Source of the DNA: a virus
Length of the DNA stretch: 64,000 nucleotides
Virus record (IMG/VR): IMGVR_UViG_3300043777_000102
Location: 6,888-70,887 of that record
Strand: one strand, 5' to 3'
Every line of letters starts with the position of its first letter. The stretch's first letter is position 1. A program made the position numbers and the translations under genes. Shown here one piece after another: positions 8,942 to 18,358 of the stretch. The notes beneath the pieces are model-generated. The model was given only the letters and a program-made list of their open reading frames with translations. It made no database searches and was not told the origin of the DNA.

Positions 8942-11238
8942 GCGGCTACACCGGCAACGCGACCCCGCTGGACGTTGGGACGACCTTCGGGCCGCTCGAC
9001 GCGCTGGCGAAGTGGGGGCAGGTCCAGCAGCAGGGCGCGCAGACGTCGCTGCTCGGGGAGCAAGCAACCGCCGCTCAGATCGCCAACCAGCGCAACCAGA
9101 TGCTGCTCGGATTGTTCGGTGGGGCGATCAACGGTGGGCAGCCAGGGATTCCGAATGGCGGCGGAAGCGCGCTACCAGGGGCGGCGTCGGGGGGCAGTGC
9201 TCTACCAGCAGGTCTTCCGCCGGGCATTCCTCCGCCGCAGCAGGTCAGCACGTCGGGCGCTATCGGGACATCCTTCGGTCCGCCAGTGACCCCGATGCAG
9301 TATGCGACCGCGGTCGCGGCAGCGATGAACGGCGGCGACTTCAATGGCTCGATCGCCAAGGCGATCACCGTCAACCACCAGATCATCGCCTCCACGCTCG
9401 CGCAGGCCGGGAACCCGAACGACCCTGACCCGGCCAAGGCCGCACAGGCACAGCAGGCGATCCGCGTTGCGGCGGCCGATCTCCAGAGACAAGGGCTGAT
9501 CGGTGACGCAGGCTACCAAGCCCTGAACCGCGACCCTGGCCACGCATTGCTGACGATCAAGGCGATGGGCGACCCGAACAACCAGATCAATATCGCTCTG
9601 GAGGAGGCCAAGGCCGGTCTCTCGCAGAACAACAGCGGGCAGTACGGGCCGAACGCTGGCGCCAATGCCGCGCAAGCCCAACTCGCCAGCAGCAAAGCTA
9701 TTGCCGGTCGCACGGGCGAGTCGGTCACGGTCAAGGTCCCGGGGCCCGGCAACACCATCGTCGAACAGCAGGCTCGGGTCATGCCAGACGGCTCGTACGT
9801 CGGCCTCAACGGCAAGCCGCTGGTCGGCGCGATCCCGGTCGCCGGGGCTTCCAGCGCAACTGCCGGACCGGCGGGCTCGTTCGACGCTCTGCCGCCAGCA
9901 CAGCAGGCTATGGTCAAGCAGGTCGCCGCGGCGCATGGCGAGGACCCGAACGTGGTCGCGGCGCAGTGGAAGTTGGAGGACGCGACGCGGTTGAACCCGA
10001 CGGTCGGCGATGGTGGAAAGAGCTTTGGCCCGCTTCAGATGCAGCAGGGCGCGCTGGACGACTACAACAAGGCGCACGGAACGAACCTCACCCTGGACGA
10101 CCTTCAGGCATCGCCGCGCCTCGGCCTGGACGTCGGCACGGATTACCGCGTCTCCCAGGCCAAGGCATTCGGCAACAATCCGGTGCTCGGCGCGATGGCT
10201 CACAACTGGGGGCCGCAGAAGGTTGTCGACTGGCGCGCGGCTGGCTCGGACCCGAACGCCGTCCCGCCGGCCGTGCAACGGTATGTCACGGCGATGTATG
10301 GCCCGAACGCGATGGGCATGGCGCAGGCGCCGCCCCCCGCCGGAGGCACGCAAGCGGCTGCTGCGGCCACCCCCGCTCCGGCGGCGCCGGCGACGACCGG
10401 TATCGGCACCAGCGCTCCGCAGTTCACGCCCCAGCAGCAGGTCGCGGTCGACCAGGACAAGGCCCTGCTGGCGCACGATGCTCCGCTGGTGGCCGACGCG
10501 CAGACCGCGGCCATGAAGGCCCAGGGATCGGCTGCCGTGGTGTTGGACCTGCGCCAGCGTGCGGCGTCAGATCCAGCAGCATTCGGAAGCGCCGGCGACT
10601 GGCGCACCTCGATCGGCAACACCCTGGCGACCTTCGGCCCTCAGTGGGCGCAGGACTTCGCCAAGTGGTCCACGGACAACAAGATCGACCCCTCGACTAC
10701 CGCGGGGCGCCAGGCGATGGGCAAGGAGTTTTTCAGCCTGGTGACCAATGCTGAGCAGCAGCTTGGCGGCCGGCCGGGGGCGATGCTGACACAGTACTTC
10801 TCCAAGGCGATGCCGAACATCAACATGCAGGGCGACGCCGTGAAGGAGATGCTGAATTTCGTCCTGGTCGGCAACCAGATGGCCCGCGACTACGGCCAGG
10901 GCGCGGCGGCGCACTTCAACGCCGCGAGCGCAGCTTTCCCGGCGCAGGATCCGCTGACAGATCGGTACAAGCCGCTGACCCAGTACGATGAGCAATGGAC
11001 GGCGCCGGGCTCGGTCAGTTCGCCAAACGTCTACGAGGGGGCTTCGAACATCCTGAACGGCCGGCCGTACGACATCTGGTCCAAGGGCCTGACGCGCGCG
11101 CAGGCCGCCGACCAGCAGGCCGAGGCGCTGCGGATCGCGCTGCGGGCTGACCCATCGTTCAAGCTCGGCGCAGGCCAGTTGCCAGCCCGAGCGCCGGCGC
11201 CGATCGCGCCGCCGATGCAGCAGGCGGCCGGTCCCTGA
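8938..11238 (+). CDS. DNA ejection protein (gp20 position) with lytic transglycosylase-like domain
   Basis: WKLED..GDGGKSFGPLQM..MAHNWGP..YV lysozyme-like motifs; synteny. Confidence 0.65.
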   Translation: MSGYTGNATPLDVGTTFGPLDALAKWGQVQQQGAQTSLLGEQATAAQIANQRNQMLLGLFGGAINGGQPGIPNGGGSALPGAASGGSALPAGLPPGIPPPQQVSTSGAIGTSFGPPVTPMQYATAVAAAMNGGDFNGSIAKAITVNHQIIASTLAQAGNPNDPDPAKAAQAQQAIRVAAADLQRQGLIGDAGYQALNRDPGHALLTIKAMGDPNNQINIALEEAKAGLSQNNSGQYGPNAGANAAQAQLASSKAIAGRTGESVTVKVPGPGNTIVEQQARVMPDGSYVGLNGKPLVGAIPVAGASSATAGPAGSFDALPPAQQAMVKQVAAAHGEDPNVVAAQWKLEDATRLNPTVGDGGKSFGPLQMQQGALDDYNKAHGTNLTLDDLQASPRLGLDVGTDYRVSQAKAFGNNPVLGAMAHNWGPQKVVDWRAAGSDPNAVPPAVQRYVTAMYGPNAMGMAQAPPPAGGTQAAAAATPAPAAPATTGIGTSAPQFTPQQQVAVDQDKALLAHDAPLVADAQTAAMKAQGSAAVVLDLRQRAASDPAAFGSAGDWRTSIGNTLATFGPQWAQDFAKWSTDNKIDPSTTAGRQAMGKEFFSLVTNAEQQLGGRPGAMLTQYFSKAMPNINMQGDAVKEMLNFVLVGNQMARDYGQGAAAHFNAASAAFPAQDPLTDRYKPLTQYDEQWTAPGSVSSPNVYEGASNILNGRPYDIWSKGLTRAQAADQQAEALRIALRADPSFKLGAGQLPARAPAPIAPPMQQAAGP

Positions 11239-13790
11239 TGCCGCCGCTGGATGATCTCGCCACCGCCGCCGGGCTGACGGCAAACCCCGATGGAACGTGG
11301 AGTCTGCCCGCGACAGGGCCAACAGCCAATGCTCCGGCACCCGCGGCCGCCGGTGTTCCGATCCCGCCTCTGGCACCCGGCGTCACCGAACTACCGACGG
11401 TCCACGTCCATGCGAAGGCGCCCGCACCGACCGGCGCGCCCGTCGTCTCTGCGGGCGCCACACCGACCTCCGGACCACCCGACCTCGCCACCGCTGCTGG
11501 CCTGGTCGAACTGCCTGATGGGACATGGGGGCTGCCGGGAACCGCTGCGCAGGCGCCGGCTGCCACGCCAGCCGCTGTCACAAAGCCGCTTCCGGGACCG
11601 ACGCCAGAAGCCGCAGAGATGCAGCAGCAGCCGTGGTTCCAGGACATGTACAACAACGTCAAGCAGGGGGCGAACACGGCAGGGCTTGAGGAGGAGATGC
11701 TGCACGGCTCATCCCTCGGCCTAAGCGATCTGCTGGTGCCTGTGGTGCCGGCAGCGATCCACGCGCTGACGACCGGAATGCCGTTCTCGCAGGCTTACGA
11801 TCTGGCGCAGCAGACCATGCAGGCGCCACGCAAGGAGTTCGAAGCTGAGCATCCGGATGCCTCGATGGTCACCTCGATGGCGTCTGGCATCCCCGCGACG
11901 AAAGTGCTGGCGCCGCTGTTCGCGGGTGCCCAGGCGGGTGCGCCGGCGCTCCAGCGTATCCTGATGGGGATGAAGAACCTTGCACTCGGCGGCGCGGCGG
12001 GGGGGGCCAGTAGCTACCTGATGACCGACGGGACGCAGCAGCAGAAGCTCGAGGCCGCGAAAGAGGGCGCTGAGCTCGGCGGGGGACTGACCGGGGCAGC
12101 ACAGGTGCTCGGCCCGACCGCGAGCGCCGTGGGCCGCTACGTCAGTTCCGCGCTGCGGCCGAACGCCAACGTGGACGCGATGGCGGGGAACGTGCTGCTC
12201 CAGCGCGCCGGCGGCACGGCGCCGACCATGGAAGCTCCGGCGATTCCCGGGATGCCTCTCGGCATCGGGGGGGCATTCAATAATCCCGGCTTCGCAGCCA
12301 TGGAACGCGAGACGAACCAGGTCGAACCGATCGGCGCGAACCAGATCAGGGCCGCACAGAACCAGGCGGTGGTCGAGCATGCCACGACACCGCAGGCTGG
12401 CGGCGTCCAACTGGCGACCCGCATGGAGCCGGGCGAGGCTTCAACGAACGTCGTCACCGGCATGCAGAAGGCGAACGAGGTCCTGCGCGCCGAGGAGCGC
12501 CGACGGTGGAATGTCGATCCCCTCGCGCAGATGAAGCCCGACCTCCAAGCGGTGAAGGACCGAGTCGCCAAGGCGCTCGGGCGCCTTCCGCTCCGGGTGC
12601 AGCGCGCAATCGAGAATAACGCCGACCTGAAGGGCACGCTGGGCGACCTGCAGGGCATGGCCGATGGGGCAACACTGGCAGACGTCAACGACATCCGCAG
12701 CGACCTTCTGACGGTTGCGCGCACGCTGCCGCGCACCGAAGGATTGGCCCGCCGCGCGGCGAACATCGCGGCGAAAGAGGTGCTCGACGCGCTTGAGGAC
12801 AACCCCGAGATGAAGGCCGACCCGCGCGCGTGGGCGGCATACAAGGCCGCGCGCGGTTACAGCGCCCGTATGTGGGACGTCATGGGGCACGACGAGTTCC
12901 AGTCGATGCTTAGGACCAACCGCTTCGGCAATCAGGCCGGCGACGCCGGGACGCTGGCGGCGCAGCTGTTCAACCTGAGCGCAGGGACGGAGGTGACGCC
13001 GGGCGGTATCGCTGGCATCGGCAGGATGCTCGACCAGGTGCAGCGACAGTGGACTGCGTTGCGTGCGGCCGGCGTCGGCGCGGGGTTGGACCCAGTCACA
13101 GCGACTGCGGCGCGTGAGGAGCTGACCAACGGGGCGCGCGACTTCATCATCAACAAGATGCTCGACGCGGCCCTGTCGAACACCAGAGACACGACCGGCG
13201 CGCAGAACACCCTCATGGCGCGGCTGTCCGACTGGATCGACACGAACAAAGGCTGGGTCAGTCGAAGCCGGCTGTTCGACCAGAACCAACTCGACCTGCT
13301 GGACAACATCCGACGCGCCGCGATCCAGGCCGCGCGCACCGAGGATCTGAAGGGCGGTCCCGGGAGTCCGACCTTCGCGCTCCTGAAAGGCGACCGCTTT
13401 GTCGATGCCTTCCTCGGCCCGTTCCTCGGGCGCGCGATTACGACCGTCGGCGGCATCGGGCTCGGCGCCGCGCTCACGGCAGCGTTCGGTGAGGCTGGCA
13501 TCGGCGGCATGATCGGCGCGGAACTCGTCGGCGCCGGCGTCGGTGGGGCGGCCGGACATACCGGCCAGACGATCCTTCAGCGGCTCTATGCGCAGCCTCG
13601 TGAGGCGATCCTTGCCCGGTTGCAGGAAGCGACGCGCGATCCGCAGATCGCCCACGACCTGATGATGGCGGCCACCGCAGCCAATGCTAAGCGGATGTCG
13701 CCGGCCACCATCCAGCTGCTAAGGTCGGCATTGGCGATTGAGCCGCCCGCTCAGGTGATGTCGCGCTTCGGCCCTGGCTCACAGCAGTAG
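11238..13790 (+). CDS. Large DNA ejection protein (gp16 position)
   Basis: 850 aa Ala/Gly-rich helical protein, third of the ejection trio; TGATG coupling; duplicated N-terminal LATAAGL..DGTW.LP. Confidence 0.65.
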   Translation: MPPLDDLATAAGLTANPDGTWSLPATGPTANAPAPAAAGVPIPPLAPGVTELPTVHVHAKAPAPTGAPVVSAGATPTSGPPDLATAAGLVELPDGTWGLPGTAAQAPAATPAAVTKPLPGPTPEAAEMQQQPWFQDMYNNVKQGANTAGLEEEMLHGSSLGLSDLLVPVVPAAIHALTTGMPFSQAYDLAQQTMQAPRKEFEAEHPDASMVTSMASGIPATKVLAPLFAGAQAGAPALQRILMGMKNLALGGAAGGASSYLMTDGTQQQKLEAAKEGAELGGGLTGAAQVLGPTASAVGRYVSSALRPNANVDAMAGNVLLQRAGGTAPTMEAPAIPGMPLGIGGAFNNPGFAAMERETNQVEPIGANQIRAAQNQAVVEHATTPQAGGVQLATRMEPGEASTNVVTGMQKANEVLRAEERRRWNVDPLAQMKPDLQAVKDRVAKALGRLPLRVQRAIENNADLKGTLGDLQGMADGATLADVNDIRSDLLTVARTLPRTEGLARRAANIAAKEVLDALEDNPEMKADPRAWAAYKAARGYSARMWDVMGHDEFQSMLRTNRFGNQAGDAGTLAAQLFNLSAGTEVTPGGIAGIGRMLDQVQRQWTALRAAGVGAGLDPVTATAAREELTNGARDFIINKMLDAALSNTRDTTGAQNTLMARLSDWIDTNKGWVSRSRLFDQNQLDLLDNIRRAAIQAARTEDLKGGPGSPTFALLKGDRFVDAFLGPFLGRAITTVGGIGLGAALTAAFGEAGIGGMIGAELVGAGVGGAAGHTGQTILQRLYAQPREAILARLQEATRDPQIAHDLMMAATAANAKRMSPATIQLLRSALAIEPPAQVMSRFGPGSQQ

Positions 13791-13856
13791 GACCGTCGAA
13801 CAGCGCGATACCGCTGCACAGCGCCGACAGCGCGACCCAGACGAACGCCGGATAAA

Positions 13857-14120
13857 TCAGGATCGCGAGCATTTTTCTTTTCCCTTTGCCGCTTCCTCTC
13901 TCAGTCTCAGTACACCGGCCGCCAGGTCGCGTCGCAACCTCTCTATCAACCTGACGCCAGGGAATATGGTGCCGGTGAGAATTGGCTGGATCTGCTCGCG
14001 GGGTACCGGGGTATTGGTCGTGGCGATCCGGAGCGACCAATCATCGCCGTAGAGACGCCGCACCAAATAGAAAAAGGCGTTGCGCCGCTGAAATGGCGTC
14101 ATGTCCCTGGTTGGCTGCAT
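13857..14120 (-). CDS. Small HTH-like protein, paralog of the N-terminal half of 44045-44506
   Basis: Shared RR.AF.YL..RL.GD.W...QIQ..L.G motif. Confidence 0.7.
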   Translation of the reverse strand: MQPTRDMTPFQRRNAFFYLVRRLYGDDWSLRIATTNTPVPREQIQPILTGTIFPGVRLIERLRRDLAAGVLRLREEAAKGKEKCSRS

Positions 14121-14437
14121 CAGTCGGCTCGCGACTGAACATAGTCCGCAAGAGCTGCTGCCTCATTCTCACGGGCGCCGCTGGTCAACAGCGCGGACCG
14201 CACAGCGCGCCCGAGGAACTTGATGAACACCTCGTCGCTGGTGATCGCGCTGAAAAGCTCCGAAGCGTCGCGGGACGTCAGGCCCGCAATGACGGTGCCA
14301 TCCTCCATCTGGCGGTCCACCTGGAGAAGGCTGCCGCCGTTCCACCCCCGGCGCCGGAAAGACCAGCGGGCCAGCTCCCCCCGCAATGCCTTCTCGATCG
14401 GACTGGATGGAATGGCGTCTCGTGCGGTCGTGTCCAT
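14120..14437 (-). CDS. Hypothetical protein
   Basis: GGAGG RBS; coupled to the downstream gene. Confidence 0.6.
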   Translation of the reverse strand: MDTTARDAIPSSPIEKALRGELARWSFRRRGWNGGSLLQVDRQMEDGTVIAGLTSRDASELFSAITSDEVFIKFLGRAVRSALLTSGARENEAAALADYVQSRAD

Positions 14438-14473
14438 GCTGTGGACCTCCGGGGTTCGGCCGGCGCGAGCTTC

Positions 14474-14502
14474 TTGACACCCGCGCCGGCCTGCTGGATT
14501 GT
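14474..14502 (+). promoter_or_regulatory. Sigma70-type promoter
   Basis: TTGACA-17 nt-GATTGT. Confidence 0.55.
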
Positions 14503-14508
14503 CCGCTC

Positions 14509-15050
14509 ACCGGATCCGTTGGCACGGATGTCGGTCAGGATTGAAGCCCTCACCGGCGTTCAACCCACGGCGGACCGTGATCAAAAATCGCACGGCGACC
14601 GTCAGGGTTCAACCCTTCCCGGCATCAAATCCTCGACCGGCCTCGCTTTCGGCGTTCGGTGCGGCGTCTGCAACGGGGAAACGATGTCCCGGTCGCCGCG
14701 AGCAACCGCGCAGGAGAGGCTCAGGAAAGCGCGGACGGCCAGACTGCCCGGCAACGGGTGGCACCAGGGTCGCCTGGGAGTCGGACGCACTGGCTATCAG
14801 GCTGCCCTCGGTCGCCATGCCCGGGCATCACGCCAGCCGACGCAAGCGGGGTGTCTACGTCGCGGCGGCGCGTCCGCTTCGGCCGCCAATATGGGGCGCG
14901 GCTCACTCAGGAAGCCACCCTTGGCAATGGTCGGCCCGGATTGGCGCAAGCCGTCCGAAGTGCTGACTATTGCCAAGTCCAAAACGCTCTCTCCTCGGAA
15001 GCCCTGAAGGTAAGAAGGGAAGGAAGATCAGATGATCGAGCCTTCAGTAC
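14509..15050 (+). ncRNA. Candidate large structured ncRNA (boundaries approximate)
   Basis: No convincing ORF; G-U-containing stems (14530-14542/14628-14641; 14920-14935/14962-14977) and GCAA tetraloops. Confidence 0.5.
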
Positions 15051-15338
15051 TGGTACTCGCGCGAGGGTAGCGCGTTCACGCCGTCGTGCTATCTTTGTCT
15101 TGGCCCAGCAGGCCATCGCAGTGGAGTTCCACCGATGCGCAAGCCCAGGGTCGAGACCGTGGCGATGCCGAAGGTTCCCGTCTCGCCGGCGGTAACGCGG
15201 GTCCGGGCGCAGTTCGGGCAGCCTGGCCTGTTCGCGCACCACCCGCCGAGTCCCACCGCCGTCGGCGCGCGCGAGGAGAAGCCCCGGCATCGGCTGGCGT
15301 CGGCTGCGGGCGCTCGCTCGCCGATGGGAGTCTGAGCG

Positions 15339-16244
15339 ATGGCCGGCTCAATTCTCTACCTGCCGATCACTTTCTGGCCGGATGCCAACGGCGTGCCGAT
15401 GGCCGGCGCGCAGCTTCTGTTCTTCCAAAGCGGCACGTCGACGCCCGCGCTCGTCTACAGCGACATCAACCTGACGGTCAGCCTCGGAAGCACCGTCACA
15501 GCGAACGCTGGCGGCTGGTGGCCCGAGATATTCCTGAGCCCGAGCTTCGGTTACCGGGTGCAAGTCTGGACGGCAGCGACCGTCGACAACCCGACCGGCA
15601 GCGAGGTCTGGTCCGCCGATAACGTCGGTCCCGGCGCGTCCGGCGCGCTCAGCAACACCGCCGGCATCATCGGCGAGGTGCGGGACTTCGCTGGGCTGGT
15701 CAGCGCGATCCCGTCCGGCTGGTATGTCTGCGCAGGTCAAGCGGTCAGCCGCGCCACTTATGCGGCGTTATTTTCGGTGCTTGGCACGGCCTGGGGTGCC
15801 GGTGACGGCTCTACCACCTTCAACCTCCCTGACCTCCGTAGCCGCGTGACGGCCGGCCTGGACAACATGGGGGGCTCGGCGGCCGGCCGGATCACATCAG
15901 GGGTGGCCGGCATTCAGGGGACCACGCTCGGGGCGGTCGGCGGCAACCAAGCCACGCAGGCGCACAACCACGCCCTGACCGATCCCGGGCATGTCCATGT
16001 CGTTTCCGATCCCACCCACACCCACCTGATCGCGGGCGAGCTCGTCGGCACCGGCTCGGACTCGGCGGGCCTGACCAACTGGACCGGCGGGAATGCGCCC
16101 AACGTGGTGAGCGGTCCGGCGTCGACCGGCATCACCGTGCAGTCGGCAGTGACCGGGATCACCGTGGCGAGCTATGGGGCCGGGAATAGCCAAAACTGCC
16201 AACCAACCGCGATGGTCAACAAGATTTTGTACGCCGGCGTGTGA
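15339..16244 (+). CDS. Tail fibre/spike with head-binding-like N-terminus and tail collar domain
   Basis: DANGVPMAGAQL.F...GTSTP..VYSD; tail collar IGEVRDFAG..PSGW..C.GQAVSRATYAALF..LGT.WG.GDGSTTFNLPDLR. Confidence 0.85.
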   Translation: MAGSILYLPITFWPDANGVPMAGAQLLFFQSGTSTPALVYSDINLTVSLGSTVTANAGGWWPEIFLSPSFGYRVQVWTAATVDNPTGSEVWSADNVGPGASGALSNTAGIIGEVRDFAGLVSAIPSGWYVCAGQAVSRATYAALFSVLGTAWGAGDGSTTFNLPDLRSRVTAGLDNMGGSAAGRITSGVAGIQGTTLGAVGGNQATQAHNHALTDPGHVHVVSDPTHTHLIAGELVGTGSDSAGLTNWTGGNAPNVVSGPASTGITVQSAVTGITVASYGAGNSQNCQPTAMVNKILYAGV

Positions 16245-16250
16245 ACCGCC

Positions 16251-16682
16251 ATGAGCCTCACTATCACCCTGGACGGGATCGTGCCGATGAGCGACGGAAA
16301 CCCCTATCTGCGTTACGGCCGTCGCGCGGGCGACCTCACTCCCGAGCAGAAGGCCAAGCTGCCGTACCCGAAGTCGTGCAAGGACTGCCTGAACGCGCCG
16401 CCGCGGACGCGGGTGTACGCCAGCGTGACGGCAAAGCTCGGTCTCGTAGTCGGCGCCCTGACGCTCGCTGGCGCGGTGTCCACGGCGGTCTATGCTGGTC
16501 TGCACGGCGCGTTTCAGGCCGGCGACTATTATCGGACGCAGGCCCAGGTCGCTGACGAGGTGAAGCAGATCGCCCAGACCGTCCGCGGGCACGACGAGGC
16601 GATCCGGCGCATCGAGATGAACGTCCAACGGCTGACAGACGCGATCCTGCCGGCGCACTATGATGGAAAGCCCAGCAAGTAG
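16251..16682 (+). CDS. Membrane protein with C-terminal coiled coil
   Basis: One hydrophobic segment plus coiled coil. Confidence 0.6.
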   Translation: MSLTITLDGIVPMSDGNPYLRYGRRAGDLTPEQKAKLPYPKSCKDCLNAPPRTRVYASVTAKLGLVVGALTLAGAVSTAVYAGLHGAFQAGDYYRTQAQVADEVKQIAQTVRGHDEAIRRIEMNVQRLTDAILPAHYDGKPSK

Positions 16683-16707
16683 CCTTGGTCGGCTCGGGTG
16701 ACGTGGC

Positions 16708-17031
16708 GTGGGCAAGCGCCGCGAGCAACGACTCCGCGATCAGCTCGAACGGGAGCGTTGGAGGGGACACTACCGCGAGCACGCGCTGCTGGCGAGCACG
16801 CTCGAGGCGACGCGAGCCGAGATGGAGCGTAGGCTGGACGAGATGAACATGCTCCGACGGCAGATCGAGCTTGAGCGTGGGGACTATCTGCCGCGGCAGG
16901 AATACGCTGCCGCCCATGGCACGCTGATCCAAGGGCTCCAGCGCGTCCAGCAAACCGTGTGGATGGGCCTCGGGGGCGTCATGGCCGTGGTGACGCTGGT
17001 GGGCATCTTGGTCAGCGTTTGGAGGCACTGA
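16708..17031 (+). CDS. Coiled-coil protein with C-terminal TM helix (lysis-region type)
   Basis: VWMGLGGVMAVVTLVGILVSVW transmembrane segment. Confidence 0.65.
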   Translation: MGKRREQRLRDQLERERWRGHYREHALLASTLEATRAEMERRLDEMNMLRRQIELERGDYLPRQEYAAAHGTLIQGLQRVQQTVWMGLGGVMAVVTLVGILVSVWRH

Positions 17032-17302
17032 GGTGGGTGACTGGCTCCGCACGCGCTACCGACCACGCGCCCGGAAGCTGATCGCGCCGTTTGTGCTCGC
17101 GGTGGCGATGATCGCGCTCGCGGTGGCCGTAGGCCGATGCTCTACCTCCTGACCTGCACCAACGCCGCTGGCGACGACAAGTGGCACATGACGGTATTCA
17201 CCGAGCAGGACCGCGACCGCGTGGCGCAGACCTGGCGCGACCAGGGGCGCCACGACATCCGGGTGAACGGCGAACCCTGGCGACCGAACGGTGCGTAGTT
17301 TC

Positions 17303-17327
17303 CGAACCTTCCCGCCTCTCAGGCGTT
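17303..17327 (+). promoter_or_regulatory. EcfG (sigmaT, general stress) type promoter
   Basis: CGAAC-N16-CGTT versus consensus GGAAC-N16/17-CGTT. Confidence 0.5.
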
Positions 17328-17359
17328 GTGAGAGGGTAGGCTACCCAAAGGAGGGCGCC

Positions 17360-17425
17360 ATGTACTACGGTTCGGGCCTCGGCCTGATCCTGCTGATCGT
17401 CATCCTGATCCTGATACTGCGATAG
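17360..17425 (+). CDS. 21-aa hydrophobic peptide (DUF3309-like)
   Basis: AAGGAGG RBS; MYYGSGLGLILLIVILILILR. Confidence 0.65.
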   Translation: MYYGSGLGLILLIVILILILR

Positions 17426-17434
17426 GAGGCGGCT

Positions 17435-17692
17435 TTGTGCTTCTCCCTTCAATGGCTGGAAGCGTTCTTGGTCTGGTTGATTGTGATCTGCGCTGTAGTC
17501 GCGCTGCTGCGGCTGCTGATCGGTTTCGTCATTCCGAAACTCGGCCTCGGCGGCGAGGTGGTGGGCTTTGTCGTGAAGGCGATCACCATCGTCATCTGGG
17601 CGGTCGTCTGCATCGGCCTGGTGTACTTTGTTTTCAGCCTCGTGATGTGCCTGGGGCCGTCGATGCCGCACATGCTGCCGGGCCGCCCCTAA
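17435..17692 (+). CDS. Two-TM small membrane protein
   Basis: AGGAGG RBS; two hydrophobic helices. Confidence 0.7.
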   Translation: MCFSLQWLEAFLVWLIVICAVVALLRLLIGFVIPKLGLGGEVVGFVVKAITIVIWAVVCIGLVYFVFSLVMCLGPSMPHMLPGRP

Positions 17693-17703
17693 CGCGCATC
17701 CAA

Positions 17704-17719
17704 TTAATGCGAATTTAAC
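17704..17719 (+). promoter_or_regulatory. CtrA binding box
   Basis: TTAA-TGCGAAT-TTAAC is an exact TTAA-N7-TTAAC match, intergenic in a GC-rich genome. Confidence 0.65.
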
Positions 17720-17764
17720 GCTTTATTTCGTTGCGTGCTGATCGCGGGGCTGTGATTATCCACG

Positions 17765-17869
17765 CGCCGGTCGAGGACTGGCCCCGTTGGGAGATGCGAG
17801 ACCCGATGGCGACGTGCTGACTCCCTCCCAGACTGGCCCCGTCAGCGATGGCGGGGCGTCTTTCTGTTT
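17765..17869 (+). ncRNA. Candidate sRNA with anti-SD motif
   Basis: Promoter TTGCGT-17-GATTAT (17731-17759); CTCCCTCCC at 17821-17829; terminator follows. Confidence 0.5.
17836..17869 (+). terminator. Rho-independent terminator
   Basis: GCCCCGTCA-GCGA-TGGCGGGGC followed by GTCTTTCTGTTT. Confidence 0.65.
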
Positions 17870-17874
17870 GCGGA

Positions 17875-18070
17875 GGGGTGGCCGGTCCTCTCACCGGCCA
17901 ATCTGGACTGAGCCCAGACCGTCACGCCTGAAAGCTGGTGGCGTTCCCAGGCCATCTACCGCGCGATGGCGCGCCTACTAGGGGATCAACGCCTCGGGGC
18001 CGCACCACTGTTTCCTGGCAACCCTTCGACTCCCCCCGTTCGCTTGGGATCGGCAGCCTCCCGCTAAGGT
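17875..18070 (-). ncRNA. Candidate multi-hairpin ncRNA
   Basis: Minus-strand TTGACA-17-CATCGT promoter (18077-18105); hairpins TGGCCGGT/ACCGGCCA, TCTGG/CCAGA, GCCATC/GATGGC. Confidence 0.45.
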
Positions 18071-18124
18071 CCGCGCACGATGCACACTTGCGCCAGGTGT
18101 GTCAATATGACATACGATAGCCCC

Positions 18125-18358
18125 ATGCCCGTGACCGACACCAAACGCCTGACCCTGCGATTTACGCCCGACATGGTGCGGATGGCTGACGGGCTGGTCG
18201 GGCGGAACGGGCGCAGGACGCGGCAGTCCGTGATCTCGGCGGCGGTGTGGATCGGGTTGCGGGAGATGCTGGCGGACCAGCCCACGGCCGGGGTTTCCGA
18301 GCGCGTGCATCGCGTCCCGGTCGAGCCTCGTTCCAACCTCAAACGTAAGGCGCCATGA
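18125..18358 (+). CDS. Ribbon-helix-helix (Arc/CopG-like) DNA-binding protein
   Basis: KRLTLRFTPDMVRMAD..RTRQSVISAAV..GL pattern; palindrome TGTCA-ATA-TGACA upstream. Confidence 0.6.
   Translation: MPVTDTKRLTLRFTPDMVRMADGLVGRNGRRTRQSVISAAVWIGLREMLADQPTAGVSERVHRVPVEPRSNLKRKAP

Noticed and set aside
13687-13872. Small hydrophobic minus-strand ORF (possible exclusion protein)
   Set aside because: Overlaps the ejection gene end by ~100 nt; too little support to call.
14700-15000. RNase P RNA (AGGAAAG resemblance) or tmRNA
   Set aside because: Lacks GAGGAAAGUCC and the 3' P4 consensus; no tRNA-like ends or tag frame.
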